From the NCBI RefSeq assembly GCF_006345805.1, contig NC_043004.1:74214001-74278000 (forward strand): 64,000 bases of DNA. Reading direction: 5' to 3'. The stretch is from Octopus sinensis. Lineage: Eukaryota. The notes beneath the pieces were generated by a model. That model did no database searches and had not been told where the DNA came from. It worked only from the letters and a program-made list of their open reading frames with translations. The position numbers were made by a program, and so were the translations under genes. Shown piece after piece: positions 1 to 13,462 of the stretch (the stretch's first letter is position 1; the number at the start of each line of letters is the position of its first letter).

Positions 1-492
1 TTGACGATTTGCTGGAGCTTGGTGTCATCAGCGAATATTTTCACTTTGCAGTAATGTACGACACTGGAAAGGTCGTTTATGTAGATTATGAAGAGTAGCG
101 AACCCAAGACAGTCCTCTGGGGGACACCGCTGGTGACTTTTGCTGGGCTTGAGTGGACTCCATCAACTACAACATGTTGTGTTCTATTCGCCAGGAAATA
201 CTTGATCCAGTGTAGAACTTTTCCACGGATTCCAACATTTGCCAATTTTGAGAGTAGGATATGATGGTCTACCCTGTCGAACGCTTTACTGAAGTCAAGA
301 TATATGACATCAGAGTTCGAACCTGTTCCCAAGGCTTTGAGTACATCTTCAATGTGGTGTAAGAGCTGTGTTAGACAGTCCCTGCCACAGCGAAAGCCAT
401 GCTGATTTGCATTTAGGAGTTTCTGGGTCTCCAGGAAGTCAGCCATCCTTGATCTTAACACTCTTTCAAACACTTTGATGATGTGGGAGGTG
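1..492 (-). mobile_element. CR1/L2-type LINE reverse transcriptase fragment (duplicate of 14447-14940)
   Basis: Essentially identical to 14447-14940, which encodes QHGFR..YLDFSKAFD..SGVPQ..FADD RT motifs; ends in a (TA)n tract. Confidence 0.9.
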
Positions 493-556
<64 letters not shown>

Positions 557-650
557 GCTCGTTTCAAGCGGTTGCAATTAATTTAACAATGCAATCATTA
601 CATGTGTATGTGTGTGTGTATTTATTTATTTTATATATGTATATATAGAG

Positions 651-717
<67 letters not shown>

Positions 718-1386
718 AGGAAGCGTAGCAATGTGGTAAGAAGTTTCCTTCGTAATCACACGGCTCCGCGGTTGGGATTTTCTATCGGGTTCTCTTTCTC
801 TGGTGTTCCTCTCTTTATTTCTCGATCTTTCTCAAGCATCTTTGATGGAACGCCTCTAGTTTTCTCTTTTCACAATGCTCTTCCTTGTCCTTGTTGTCGT
901 GAACAGCTGTTGAGAGGTACATTCTATTATAGATTTGTATCATTGTGTATAGACCGTTGTTGGTAAAGAACTATATACCACAGATTCTCCGGAATACTGT
1001 GCAGATCCCAGATCAAATTACCCAAAACGGAAAAATAGCATTCAGCCAAAATAGCTTTAAACGTAGCAAAGTTTTACAATAATAGTTAATTACAAGTATA
1101 CTTTTATTAGTTTCTATTTAATAGATTTAATGTTTCTATTAGTTACAGGTAAGTTTACATTAATGAGTATGCAGTGTTTTTATTATTAACTTTTGATTTA
1201 TGAAATGATGTATTTCACTCATAATTAGTTTATTATTCGTAAATTCAATTCAATCAATTGTGTTTTCTTTTGGAGAGGAAATAAAGTTTTCATCTTTTAT
1301 TATAGTAGTAACTATGGAAGACTGACGGGATGCATATTTGTAAGGACTTTAAGATTGCTGGTTATTTAGTATATAATTTAGTTATT

Positions 1387-1697
1387 ATATTGTTGTATTT
1401 AGGAATGGTCATTTTGCCAGTTTAGCCAATAAAAACACACGCACTATATATTTGGAGTTACTTTGCTTCAGCGTTATTTATTTTTTTACTTTTTTACATT
1501 AATCTTAATCTTATTTCGGCCCCAGTTCTTTCGGCACACACCTGTGACCTCATCAGTGGTCCTTTGCTGTCTTCTTTCTTATTTGTGTGTCTCTCCTTAC
1601 TAACGGTCAGCCATTTTGTATTTTGTATTCCTATTGTATGTGTCTTCATTTGCGCATATTAAACTGGCAAAATGACCATTCCTAAATACAACAATAT
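1387..1697 (-). mobile_element. 312-bp-class element with perfect 38-bp inverted repeats and a hammerhead-like core (copy of 15826-16137)
   Basis: IRs at 1387-1424 and 1660-1697. The minus strand has CTGATGA..GAAA at 1518-1561, but the cleavage triplet reads CUG in this copy. Confidence 0.7.
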
Positions 1698-2151
1698 CTG
1701 TTTCAACACACGATTTCGCATAAAAATTCTTGAAAAGCAATATATTAGTTATTATAGGTTTACTATTATACTGATACAGATATACATAGATTTATGTATA
1801 TCTTTTTTGTGTAGTTTAATTTTAAAGTTAGTGTTTAAATCCTGCCTTTACTTAAAGGTTTGGTCGCTGTTTAGTTACATATTTAGGAGTTGGTTTTTGG
1901 TTTACTTATTGAATTTTTTATTGATACTGTTGTACATTGGGTAAATGTGTTTGAAATTTGTTGTTTCTTTGGCATGTTTGTTCCCAAACAACACTTATTT
2001 TGTGATGTTGACACCGCCCCGATTGATGGTATTTACTGCCCAAGTCTCGAAACCATAAGGATGTCCGTGGGGCAGCTGATGATAGATTTATGTTGGATTG
2101 TTGTATGATTGTTTTTGTATATGTGAAATCGTGTTATAACACATCCTGTTG

Positions 2152-2198
<47 letters not shown>

Positions 2199-3479
2199 GC
2201 TATGTATAAATATATTCTTTGTACACATTCATAGATGTATATATACTGAGAGAGATTTTGGGTAGCTTTGATCATGTTATTTCCAATGTTTGTTCAAGAA
2301 CGGAGCCTTATAACCTATGCTAGAAGTGATCTATACATCCATTTCAAAATGATTCGATTGTTTTCTAACGAACGCGCGATCCTGCACAAACGCTCGCCGT
2401 ATCAGACTGAAATATTTATTCTAATGGATAGCAAACGCCAAGTATGTGTGTGTATGTGTGTATGTATTTTTTAAATCTTGTTGTTGCTGCTGTTTTTTTG
2501 CATCATTGTTTTGGCGTTTGTTTTTATTCATTTTATTTCTTTCACCTTTCTCGGAATTCCCTTGGGAAATTTATGAGCAGCTTCATAGATAAATGTTTTA
2601 AATTTTCTTTGTTCTTTGAAAAGTAAAGTAATCAAAAATTAAGAAAGATGGGATTTCTAGCAACATTTTTCAGAAGTTGTTTTTTTTAAACAAGTTTCTA
2701 AGCCTAAGAATGCACTAACCGGAAAGTTAGAAGACAGGTCCACATTGAAATTTACTAGTCTGAAGTATTATTTTTTCATGACCCCTGAAAATCTACCGTA
2801 GACTTCCAATTTACTACATTGTATCCGTGGACCACTAAAAATCTTATATGGACCTGGGTTCAGAACCCTTGGTCTAAAGCAATCTTACATTTTATTATTT
2901 TCAACGTTTGTTTATAGAGGACGAGATCCACTTATAATACAGATGCTAGAGGGAAGCAAGTACATCCTGCTGTAACATTATTCGATTGTTTTCTGACGAC
3001 GCTATTGTGCACAAATGTGTGCTGTGTCATACGGAAATATTTCTTCCATAGATTTAAACATATTTAAACTTGTATTTTAACTTCAAAATTTACAAGCTTA
3101 ATATATTTCTCATTTTAAAGGCGACATATCTTCTACTGATCCATTCTCTGTATTGAAATATTTGGCAAGGCATAATGGTATTTCTATCAAGTGTTATAAA
3201 ACGTGATGATTTCAAATGCCACCAATACAGCTTGCCTTAATGTAAACAATTAATGCTTCTATAAACAAAAGCAAATGATTAAAATAACCTCCAGATGTTC
3301 ATATTTCTGATAATATTTGTTAGTCTTAATTTGCATCTTTTGTTTTCACAATTATTTTCGTGAGAAATTCCCATCCCGCACGTTTTGGAGTTCGTTTCAA
3401 TTGTTCAGTAAACGCATAAGTATCGATGGTAAACCTTCCAGAATCATTTGTGGTGTTGCCAATTGACCAAACGACAACC

Positions 3480-3527
3480 ATGGTGCAAGAACATTAATTA
3501 TTTTTGCTATCCTGCTGTTTGTAACAG
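3480..3527 (+). pseudogene. Orphan, frameshifted copy of gene A exon 1 (possibly an assembly artefact)
   Basis: Same sequence as 17919-17967 with one A missing (GTGCAAGA vs GTGCAAAGA), giving ATG GTG CAA GAA CAT TAA. GT donor retained; no matching exon 2 found before 14447. Confidence 0.6.
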
Positions 3528-4349
3528 GTAAAAAAGTAAAATAGTATATATATTCAACTTATCACTTCTCTTTCTTATTCATTTATTGATATTGTGTTGC
3601 AGTCATGAGAGAATGTTCATAACATTGTAGTATTTAGTTAAAGCTTTTTCTATCCTTTCAATTGGGCCAGGTTTGAATGTTAACTTCCAGACATCAGTGG
3701 GTTGATTATATACTGTCAAGTCAATTTTTATCCCTTTTCTAAGTATGAATCTTGTGCGTATATTATTAAATTATTATTTTGTTTGAGTCAGTAAAAGTCT
3801 CACAAAATCATTACACAGCAGTCCATCAGTTTGTGGTCAATTCTTGCTAAGATTAACTTTGCCTTCTTAGTTTTCTGTTCGATAAATTAGTTTCAGATCC
3901 AGAACGAAATAGATTTCGTCGAGTTTACCCTTGCACCGATGTGTCCTGGCCATGTAATAAATTAATCATCAGTAGTTTGGCAGAGTCAGTGGAGTGTAGT
4001 TAATTCAAATCAGCTTTAATCTTTCTAGTGAATTCTGATTGGTGCAAAGAAGACTTCAAATGTGACTAGTGGCGATTTTTCTTGAAAATGGACAGTGTTG
4101 CATCGTGATGTTATCAAGTAACATGCAGAAAAAGTGTTTAGCGTCCAATGACAACATTCCAATGACTGGACATGGTTTGCTAACAAATAATAGGGGACTG
4201 AGCATCCAGCTTATCAACAATGCAAACCGTGGGAAGCTGAAATTTAGGGGAAGGGAGATCCGTCTGAAAATGATTGTATTCACAACGTTGTAAGAACGAC
4301 AGGTGACTGACTATAAATCGAACAGCCAAGATTTACAGTATCCTGTTCT

Positions 4350-6837
4350 ATCCAAATAATATATCAGTATGTTGATGTTAAATTTTATGAGCTCTTCATG
4401 GTTATTCAACCTGTATCCTTTTTATTATGAAGGCTATGGATTTATCACATTGATGGCGTTCTTATTTCTTTCTACTCGAGGATTCATCATTCCGACAGAT
4501 TTCATATAGAACGTCCTAGCTACAGCAGATGAATCAGCAGCATGATGGACATTTTCGGACAACTGTTAATGATATGGGCGATATCTTCCTTGTGAATTCC
4601 ACAAGCCTGCATCGATTGACACATTACAGCTTTTCCTGCATCTCTATCTCTTTTGTGCCATCAGGTGCTTGGTTGATATTTCCTATTGCTGGATTTCAAA
4701 CGCATACCCTTCAAAGTGGGAGATAGTAATCTTATGATATTATCGCCTCATGTATGTAATCTTCGTCAAAGGATGCACTCGTCATTTCGTAGTTAAAATA
4801 TGTTGCCGAAGGGATATGATGCGACATTAAAAGCATTTGGGATCGATGTTAAACTTCTGCTACCTTGTTTCATTTTAGGTGGATGCGGTCTACGTCAGTT
4901 TATGAGTAAATTATGTATGCTTGTTAGTATTTTTCGGATTTTCACGTCAATGACTCGGATCTCATCAAGCGTCAATCAAGTAGCCCAAATGTTGGGTATG
5001 AGTAGTGGCACTGAAGGCACATTGTGGGCCACTGTTTTATTGAATGCAGTGAGATCTGAGGCCCCAAAGTTTCTTTACTCGGCTGTATATTCTTTAGGAC
5101 AGGTGTCACTGTAGGATATATTTTCATTCACCCCCTGATACTGTAACATTCGTCGTCAGATACGGGAGAAACAGTCAAACCTTAATAGAGATGTTACCAG
5201 TCTAGTGTACAGTTTGCCCCCTTTTCACAACCATATAACATTTATTTGACCAAACTCTAGCCCTACATATTTTGCGTATATTGTGACTAGGTCAAGGCTT
5301 TTTTTCATCTCATATATATTCTTTTGCATAAAGTTTCAAGTCATCCACAAAGAAACAGTGTGTAATTTGGTATTTCTGTTTCCTTGTGATCCAATGAGAT
5401 ATCCCTTCAGACTTTCTTAACATGTAATGATAAAGGGTTTACAGAATTTATAAACAACATCATAGAGGATCTGTCTCTTGGAATATGCCTTTGAGCTACT
5501 GTTTTCTAACTGTGATAATACAGTCACTCTGCGTGTAATTTCAAGGTGGTGGCAGAGAAACTTTAGCAAGTTAAAAAGCTTCTAAGCATCCATGAGTGGG
5601 GAACAGAGTCAAAGGCTTTCTTATAGTCTAGCCACATTGAAACTAGGTTCCTCCTATGCTCTCGCACCTCTGACATCACAATTTATTAACAATTGATTAA
5701 CAATTGTGCGCACATCCCAGACTCCCTTCCAGCTGCTTGTTCTGCTGTGATAATGCTATTGGTCTTATATGGTCCTGGAAGAAGAAGGTTTAAACATGCA
5801 TGCTATATATTTTATACATTAAGTTCTGGCATTCATTGGCCGGTAGTTTTTTTTTTTGCCATGTGGGTGGTCTGCATTTGGGGATCAATTTTGTCTCTAA
5901 CAAAGCTAACAGTGTGGTATGCTACTGTTCCCCATGAAGGCTTGCTGGTACAAAATTGATCAGATATGGTGTTAGAGTGTTAGCTGCTTGTACAAATATC
6001 CAAAAATCAAGTGTCTCAAGGGAGCTTTTCCATCCTGGAGTTCTGGATCAGAATGTAAGTTTCACCATGAATTCTATGTCTTGGATGTTACGCAGGAGCA
6101 ATAACTTTTTCAGATTTCTTCCAGCCACAGAGTATCTGGTTAAAACTCCTCCGCTTCACTCCAGATTTTCCTCCAGAAGAGTATGTGCCTTCTCGTGAAG
6201 GAGCTTTCATGATGTTTACTGCTCTCTTCAAATGTCTCTGTAAACTGCTGCTGGTACGCGTTAAATGTTTTGTTTATTGTGGTCTCTCGGTTATTCTCTT
6301 CTGATGTCGGATTTTTTCATTGACAGCTTTTAGCTCCTACTTGAGGGTAATCAGTTTTCAAGTGAGTATTCTCATTTTACTGTCCCAAAAATCATTTCCA
6401 TCACCTTCTTTACTTTCTGTTGTTGTTGGGACGTATAGTGATTGCTTGTTGCATACAATAAGCATCATTACATGACTGATGGTCTTCCGTAAACACTTAT
6501 CTTTTTCTCCTTCAAAACCAATGATGGTACTTTCTATGTTTCCGTTTTGTTTACCTTTTGAATATCATTCATGTATGCGTTACTGTAGTAAATAGAACAT
6601 ACAGACAGGCATTAATCTGCCAGTATGTAGGTTCATTACACTGTTGTAAATACTCATCACCAATTTCGTTAACAGCTTTAAATACCGTATCTGATGCGGT
6701 GTTTTTACTTACTTTGAGAGAGAATACTCTCTCCTCGAGAGAGTCCTTCAGAGCCGAAGTTATTTTTTCTCGGAAAATTTAAGGGCACGTTCACTGGCAT
6801 ATAATCTAGATACTACTACTACTACTACATACTACTA

Positions 6838-6870
<33 letters not shown>

Positions 6871-7100
6871 AACAATAATCATTGCGGTTGTGCCTCCTAA
6901 TTACCATAGCCGTAGTAGGGGGACAGTGGCCAGTTACTTGAGCTGGTAATGTCGTTTGTTGGCAGGCACTACAGAATCTGTTGGAATGTCGCTAGCTGCA
7001 AAACCGCGTTATGGTCTCATATCATTCACGTTTTTTCATAAAGTAACAGTACTAACCTTCTTCCTATGTTCTGCAATTGTCGTTTGTTGGCGTAGGTGCT
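4350..7100 (-). mobile_element. Degenerate R4/Dong-like (RLE-type) non-LTR retrotransposon fossil
   Basis: Minus-strand remnants with stops and frameshifts: ITAEQAAGR (about 5720-5750), and NKTVAHNV..DEIRVIDVKIRKIL (about 4920-5045). An (ACT)n tract lies near the 5' end. Confidence 0.6.
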
Positions 7101-9442
7101 TCGCGGGTAAAATGATTTAATTCTGGATGCAGATCGTCCCAATATGATTTCAATCGATTCATATAGCCAACAGCGGAGTTTTGTTTCGCTTTTTCGTTGC
7201 AGTTAAAACAGATCAGTATTCAATTCATAACTCCAAAAGAAATGAGTTTTGTAGTTACGCTTTCTTCTATTACAACAGCTAAAAAGAATCTGTTTATCCG
7301 TTGAGCTTTTGTTTTCGTTCTGTTCCTCGATTGTGTTGTTGATGTTGATGTCCAGTCATGTTGTTTGTAGTAACTCTCTGCAAGTTCAAGTTTCAGTCGA
7401 AAATCACTACGATCGTAAATAAAAAGCTCCCTCAGTTAATTCATTGAGATTAACCAGTTATTAACAAGGCTGATAGCTGTGGCTCAACGTTGGAGATATT
7501 ATTCATCGTATTTTCGATAAATAACTTCCCACGCCAAAACGCGACTTGTCGTTTCGAATGCATGTATGATGTATGTCTGTATGTATGTATGTATGTATGT
7601 ATGTATGTATGTATGTATGTATGTATGTATGTATGTATGTACGATGAGAGAGGATCGTCTCCTGGATATGAAATTAAACTTCATCCAGTTTAAAGGTCCA
7701 GTTAGAAAGTTCTGAAACTGTGTGGGGCATGAAATCCACCCTTAATTACTATTTCTCCCCGATCCATTCTGACCTGGAACGTTAATACTGTCAGGGTCAC
7801 ATCTAAGTGTTATATTTCACTGGGGGTGAAGAGGCTACCGTTATCATTGACAAAGCCGTGGAGAAGGAAGCATTTCTATGAGAAAGATTCTCTGACATAA
7901 AGCTTGCAGTCAAAATTGTGCCAGTCCTGTTGCAATGCTTGTCACTGGAACCTACTATAGTGTCTGGGCGAATACAGGGAGATGTTGAAATGTTCCTGGT
8001 TTTCAGTAAAAGAAAATACAAGAAGATCAGTTAATTATGATTATATTCAAAATATTCCCCTCACAATCACACACTGGTTGCAGCGGTCCTTCAGTAAAAT
8101 AACTCAGAATGTTGGGGAGGGGGGGGTCTAACCAGAAACTTTTCAGCACCTCCACGTAGCAAGTGTATTGCACAAGCTTTTCTTACTAGAAACAATCACC
8201 TACGGATTTCTCTCTATCATTTCCCTTCTTGATCGCTTCTGTATTTTATATAGTCTTATGGCGATGGATATCCACGCACTTGCAATGATGAAAGTAAATC
8301 AGAACAACCAGGCCGAGTGTGAGACGATTATCATCAACACGATGAAGCAACTTATGATACGATGTAGCTTCAAAGATTATAAGAATCACATACGATACTG
8401 AAGTCACGTTTGAGTTAACAATTCCAACAGAAACTTAGCTATACTGAGATGTTTTGTGCCTTTCTGTATGAATTGTGGCCTAGCCTAAACATCTCTTCGT
8501 CTCTTTAAATGATCGTTTAGGCAATGTTTGTCAGACATTTTGTCATTTCACTCTCGAATTTTTCTGTTCCTGCCTTCTTTACATCTACTAGTTCTGCTAC
8601 CACGATTCTTTTACACTTATCCTTCACCCATTGATTTTCTAGTTTCCATCTCAATTGAAATACAACACACAGTGCGTATCAACACGCATACTGAGCACTT
8701 GTGAGTACATTCGAGATGATAAAGGAACACGTATAGGCACAGATACAAAAGAGATGCTGAGTGAGAGAGAAGCAAATGTATTTTATAAGTAATTATTTCA
8801 TGTCTGCATAAACCTCATGTAGGGGCATGGCTTGGTGACTGGTAGGTTCATCTGAACGTCATAAGATCGTTCTTTCGATCCCTTGACATTTGATGTGTTG
8901 AATCCTTCATTACATAATTTCATCTACGCAGGTGAAATGAGTCCTAGTACTGTTCACTCTCACTCCTCGTCTACCATTATGTCGCTGTTTCTCTGGAGCA
9001 TGTGTGATTAACCCAGAAAATACCTATGACGATGGTGACGCCTAAATCTTAGAGTGAAACCATGATGCATGTTACCATCTCACACTCTCCTAAGCGTGAC
9101 ATATACTCTCCCTCGTTATTTATTCTATAAATAAATTACTTACGGAATTTTATTACAATCAGTTTAACCATATTTTCAATCATATGTTAAATATGTTAAT
9201 TATGTTTCTAATTATATGTTGAAGGACTATGCACAATTCTGATTTATAATTTAGAACCGGATTTCAAGCTGTACAAATTTTTCTGCAATTTAACAATAGA
9301 ACATGAAAACCACCAAGTGCAATTGAGATATTTAAATTTAGCACGTTGCTTACAATACTTTGGAGTTTAAATTTGGAACAATACATTACTGGTTGTTAAT
9401 GCTTGTGAATTTACAATGTCCTTGAAATGAACAAGTTTATGA

Positions 9443-10734
9443 TACGAGGGACGTTCAATAAGTAATGCCCCTGACCCACTTCCCATAGCAGTAGAGCAAC
9501 GACACTTGGCACAGTTATTAGTCTTTTCCCACATAGGAACTACCCAGAGTTATGCATTTCTCCCCATCGTTTGATACAGCTCTGAAGACCGTTTTTGTAG
9601 AAGACCCCAGCTTGGTCCTCCAACCACGACGTGACTTCAGAATCAAGGCTGCATCATCTGTGAAACGCTTTCCTTTCAAAAACAACTTCATGGCTGGAAG
9701 AGATGAAAATCAGAGGGTGCAAGGTCAGGAAAGTAGGGGGGATGGGGGATGAGTTCATAGCCGCACGCCTGTGCTTCTGATCTGGCAACAAGCGAGTTGT
9801 GGATCGGTGCGTTGTCCTGCAAGAGGAGGATGCCTTTGCTGATCTTGCCCCGCCGCTTGATTTTGATAGCTTCTCTTAATTTCCTCAAAAATGAAGCACA
9901 TAGACTCCTGTAATGTGGCACCCTTTGCCAGGAAATCTGTCTTCACTACTCCGTCCTGGTCCCAGAAGACTGTAAGCATGACCTTACCAGCGGAGGGCTG
10001 CACCCTTGCCTTCTTTGGAGGAGGTGAGTCACGGTGCTTCCACTGCATTGACTGGGCTTTGGTCTCTGGATCATAGTGATGGACCCGGTTTTATCCTATG
10101 CAATCAGTCTTTTGAAAAATGTTGACTCATCTTCTTGGCACATCTCCAAATTCATCCACGAGCAATCGACGCGTTCTTGCTTCTGGAAAGGTGTGAGCAG
10201 CCTGGGAATCCATCTGGCAGACACCTTTTGCATATGCAAATGGTCATGAATGATAGTTTCCTCAGACCCGGTACTAATCTTGACCTCATGGGCTATTTGG
10301 CGAATAGTTATGCGTCGATCTTCCAAAATGGCAGCCTCAACTTGACAGACAGATGCTTCATCAATGGCAGAAGGGGGCGACCAGATCTGGGAGCTGTTTC
10401 CACAGAGTTCCGACCATGTTTGAATTCACGATGCCAGCGTTTTACAAGGTTATATGATGGGGCATCATCACCATAAGTTACTTTCATTTCATCAAAAGTC
10501 TCCCGTGGTGTGCGTCCTTTCAAATACAAAAACCGGATCACTGCTCGACACTCAACATGCGCCATTTCACACTTGACTCAGTTCAAACACCGGTAAATCG
10601 GAAACCACAATTAGTTCAGAGCTGTAATTTGCTACTTCATCTATAGAGATATAAATAATTGCACATGCAAAATTTCAGCTAGATCAAACAACTGTAAGGG
10701 GATCAGAAGCACTACTTATTGAACGCCCCTCGTA
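9443..10734 (-). mobile_element. Full-length mariner element copy 1, transposase broken by frameshifts
   Basis: TIRs TACGAGGGACGTTCAATAAGTA.. and ..TACTTATTGAACGCCCCTCGTA with terminal TA. Fragments read CRAVIRFLYLKG (HTH), WIPRLL, LQDNAP, PHPPYFPDLAPSDFHLF. Confidence 0.95.
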
Positions 10735-11613
10735 CGGTTTCAAATGAAGGTACATTGTGCTTCGATAGATATCAACGGTTTTAATTTTTCAATAATATCT
10801 CATGAATTAATTCAAAGATTCGATAACGAAACATTAAATAAAATACAGAATATTGGAAAATATTTGTTTCATTTTCTAGTTTCAGCTCAGAGCTGCGCCT
10901 ATGCTGATGCGCCGCCGTGTTGTGCTACACTGTTATTACTAAGAGCGTCCACTAATATGTGGCACTTGGTGAAGAATGGAGTTTGATATAGCTACCCTCA
11001 TTTGCACCTCTTGCCGTGAGGTAGGTTCATCTGGGACTCTCGACAGGAAGAGGTCCAATTTTGATTTAAAAACACCTACATCTACTTTGCGCAATTTCCT
11101 CAAACTCTTTTTAAATAATTTAAATCAAATAATTTTAATCAAATAGTGTATTGAATGGAATTACTAACAACACAAAGAGATCTGAAATAGACAGTATAAT
11201 AAATGACAGGGCTAAGTTGTATAGTCGACGATAATTATCCATATATAAAGTCAGAGTATGAAAATGTATGGATTCCACGAATGGTTTATATGGTGAGCTT
11301 AGCTTACATGTATCAGTTAAGCCAGCTTATATAATTTATAGATATATAATTATGTTTTTGCTGGGGTCTAACCAGATATCTCGTACTTGTAGCCAGTTGT
11401 GAATAGAACATTAGCAATTGCCTTCCTTAGTAAACCTGTTTCCTCAGTTTTTGTTTTTTTGGCATTTCTAAGATAGCGTATGTTCCACTGCATCAAAATT
11501 CTTTTCCTGCTAAGTCTTATTCAATATGTCACTATCCCAAGTATTTCTTCATGAATACATATTTTAGCATTTTTACCTGTTTCATGTTTAATCATCTTTC
11601 TGTACAATAGAGT

Positions 11614-11838
11614 AAGGGCACGTTCACTGGCATATAATCTTGACTACCACTACTACTACTATTACTACAATAATCATTGCGGTTGTGCCTTCTAATTACC
11701 ATAGTCGTAGTTGGGAGACAGTGGCCAGTTACTTGAGCTGGTAATGTTGTTTGGCTGGCAGGCACTACAGAATCTGTTGGAATGTCGTTAGCTGCAAAAC
11801 CGCGTTGTGGTCTCATATCATTCACGTTTTTCATAAAG
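11614..11838 (-). repeat. Second copy of the 6781-7044 segment (5' region of the R4/Dong-like element)
   Basis: Direct repeat of 6781-7044, differing mainly in the length of the (ACT)n tract. Confidence 0.75.
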
Positions 11839-12774
11839 TTTTCATAAGTGTGAGTGAATCTTTAGCACATTGGCATTTTTTCCTGCCGTCTATGCTATGA
11901 TTTCAAATCCTGACAATGACCAACATTTCGCTTCGTCCTTTATGATAAACCACTCCCTTCAATTTGCCAATATACTTTACGCATCCCTTGAATCAACATG
12001 TGCTCGTCTTTCGTACTTTCTCTCTCGCCCTTCTTTATACTGAGATAGTCTTGTTCACCCTGCAATCTAGTTCCTGCTTCAGCCTTTGATCACTACTGAT
12101 TATGCCTACCAAGTACGTTAAATGATCTCCTTCTACCAGTTATGATGACGATAGGTTGAGTTTGTCCTGCTTGGATTCATCGAGTTAGGACTCGAAAGAA
12201 ATTAAAAATTTTCTAAATATTAATATTTAAATCTAATTTTCCGACAACAACGACAAAAACATCCATCTTGTTTTATATGTCCACCGCACAATAAGAATTA
12301 GAAATGCCATTATCGACGAAAAACATTCATCCCACGAATACACGTGTAATCTTGGTCATAGTTTTGGGCTGTGGCACTATAATTTGCTTAATATCATGTC
12401 TTGTTTGTTTGTGTATACCTTTAGTTGAGCTGCAGAATGCTTCTGTAAGTATCGCTGATATATTGAGCAAGAGTAATTTTGATACTAATACTCACACCTG
12501 CTCAAATTACGCAGCAATATACGTATTCAGAACCCTAGTTCTAACGTGTGTTATTAGAAAGAACTTTACCGAATACCAAAATTTCTAAGTAACAACACAG
12601 TTCTTATCATTATTTCGTATTCAGTATTTTCCTTGTGATTTTATCCTCTTTCTTCCGTACATTTCAGTCAATGATGTCAGCGCAAATCAGGTAGTATCAC
12701 ACTCTTTACACTTAGCTTTCTTTTGTATTAGAATTAACAATTTGATGACAATTCGTGGAGCTTTTAGGTGTTTT

Positions 12775-12870
12775 CGCTCAATAAACACACACAACGCTCG
12801 GTCTGGGAATCGAAACCGCGATCCTGCGACCGCGACTCCGCTGCCCTAACCACTAGGCCATTGCGCCTCC
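12775..12870 (-). mobile_element. tRNA-derived SINE 5' fragment
   Basis: Minus strand reads GGCGCAATGGCCTAGTGGTTAGGGCAGCGG..GGTTTCGATTCCC (A and B boxes); same family as 55220 and 58800. Confidence 0.8.
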
Positions 12871-12900
12871 ATATATGTATATATATATATATATATATAT

Positions 12901-13422
12901 ACCAATTAAGGACTGAACGCGAAAAGTGGACAGTCAACATGCTAGATATAGACGTCAAATCGCCATTCTCCACAAAAAGTTTATGTTCTCAGATCAAACT
13001 CAACACAAACCAAAGCAATAAACAAGTGAAAATATACGAAATAAATATTTACCCATGTACTAATTTAGTTTCGGCTGTTATTTTCCGCAAGGAAAAGTGC
13101 AGCCATCATCAGCATGGTCCCATATAAAATGCAATTTGCTGGACTAGATGCCAACACGATACCGAAATATCGCGTGCATGGAGTACGGCCTATTACATTT
13201 GAAATGTATATTTCAAATGTCTTTACTTTTGGCGCGATGAGACACGAGAAAACTAGCCTGCAGCTAATAGTTAGCAGCAGTTAATTTATCGGTTAGAGAA
13301 CAAATATTTATATAAAATTAAATTTAGGGTAGAAATTGATATTTATCAATTAGAACCAGTGGTCTAGCATATTAAAGAAAGAATCCGAAGATTAAAATAT
13401 TTATATATACCAATTAAGGACT
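12901..13422 (-). mobile_element. 508-bp hammerhead-bearing repeat monomer (retrozyme / Penelope pseudo-LTR-like) between (TA)n tracts
   Basis: Terminal direct repeat ACCAATTAAGGACT at 12901 and 13409 (period 508). Homologous to 46184-47235; contains a complete type I hammerhead. Confidence 0.8.
13045..13125 (-). ncRNA. Type I hammerhead ribozyme, canonical core
   Basis: Minus strand: CCAUG-CUGAUGA-U-GGCUG[cac UUUUCC uugc GGAAAA uaa]CAGCC-GAAA-CUAAAUUAG-UA-CAUGG. Predicted cleavage after GUA, between 13058 and 13057. Confidence 0.85.
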
Positions 13423-13425
13423 ATA

Positions 13426-13460
<35 letters not shown>

Positions 13461-13462
<2 letters not shown>

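Larger units (their letters stand above)
1..4346. repeat. Near-identical 4.3-kb duplicate of 14447-18777
   Basis: Colinear match from base 1 (ttgacgatttgctgg = 14447) to cagtatcctgt (4346 = about 18777). Differences are mostly single-base indels, densest in the last 300 bp. Confidence 0.95.
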
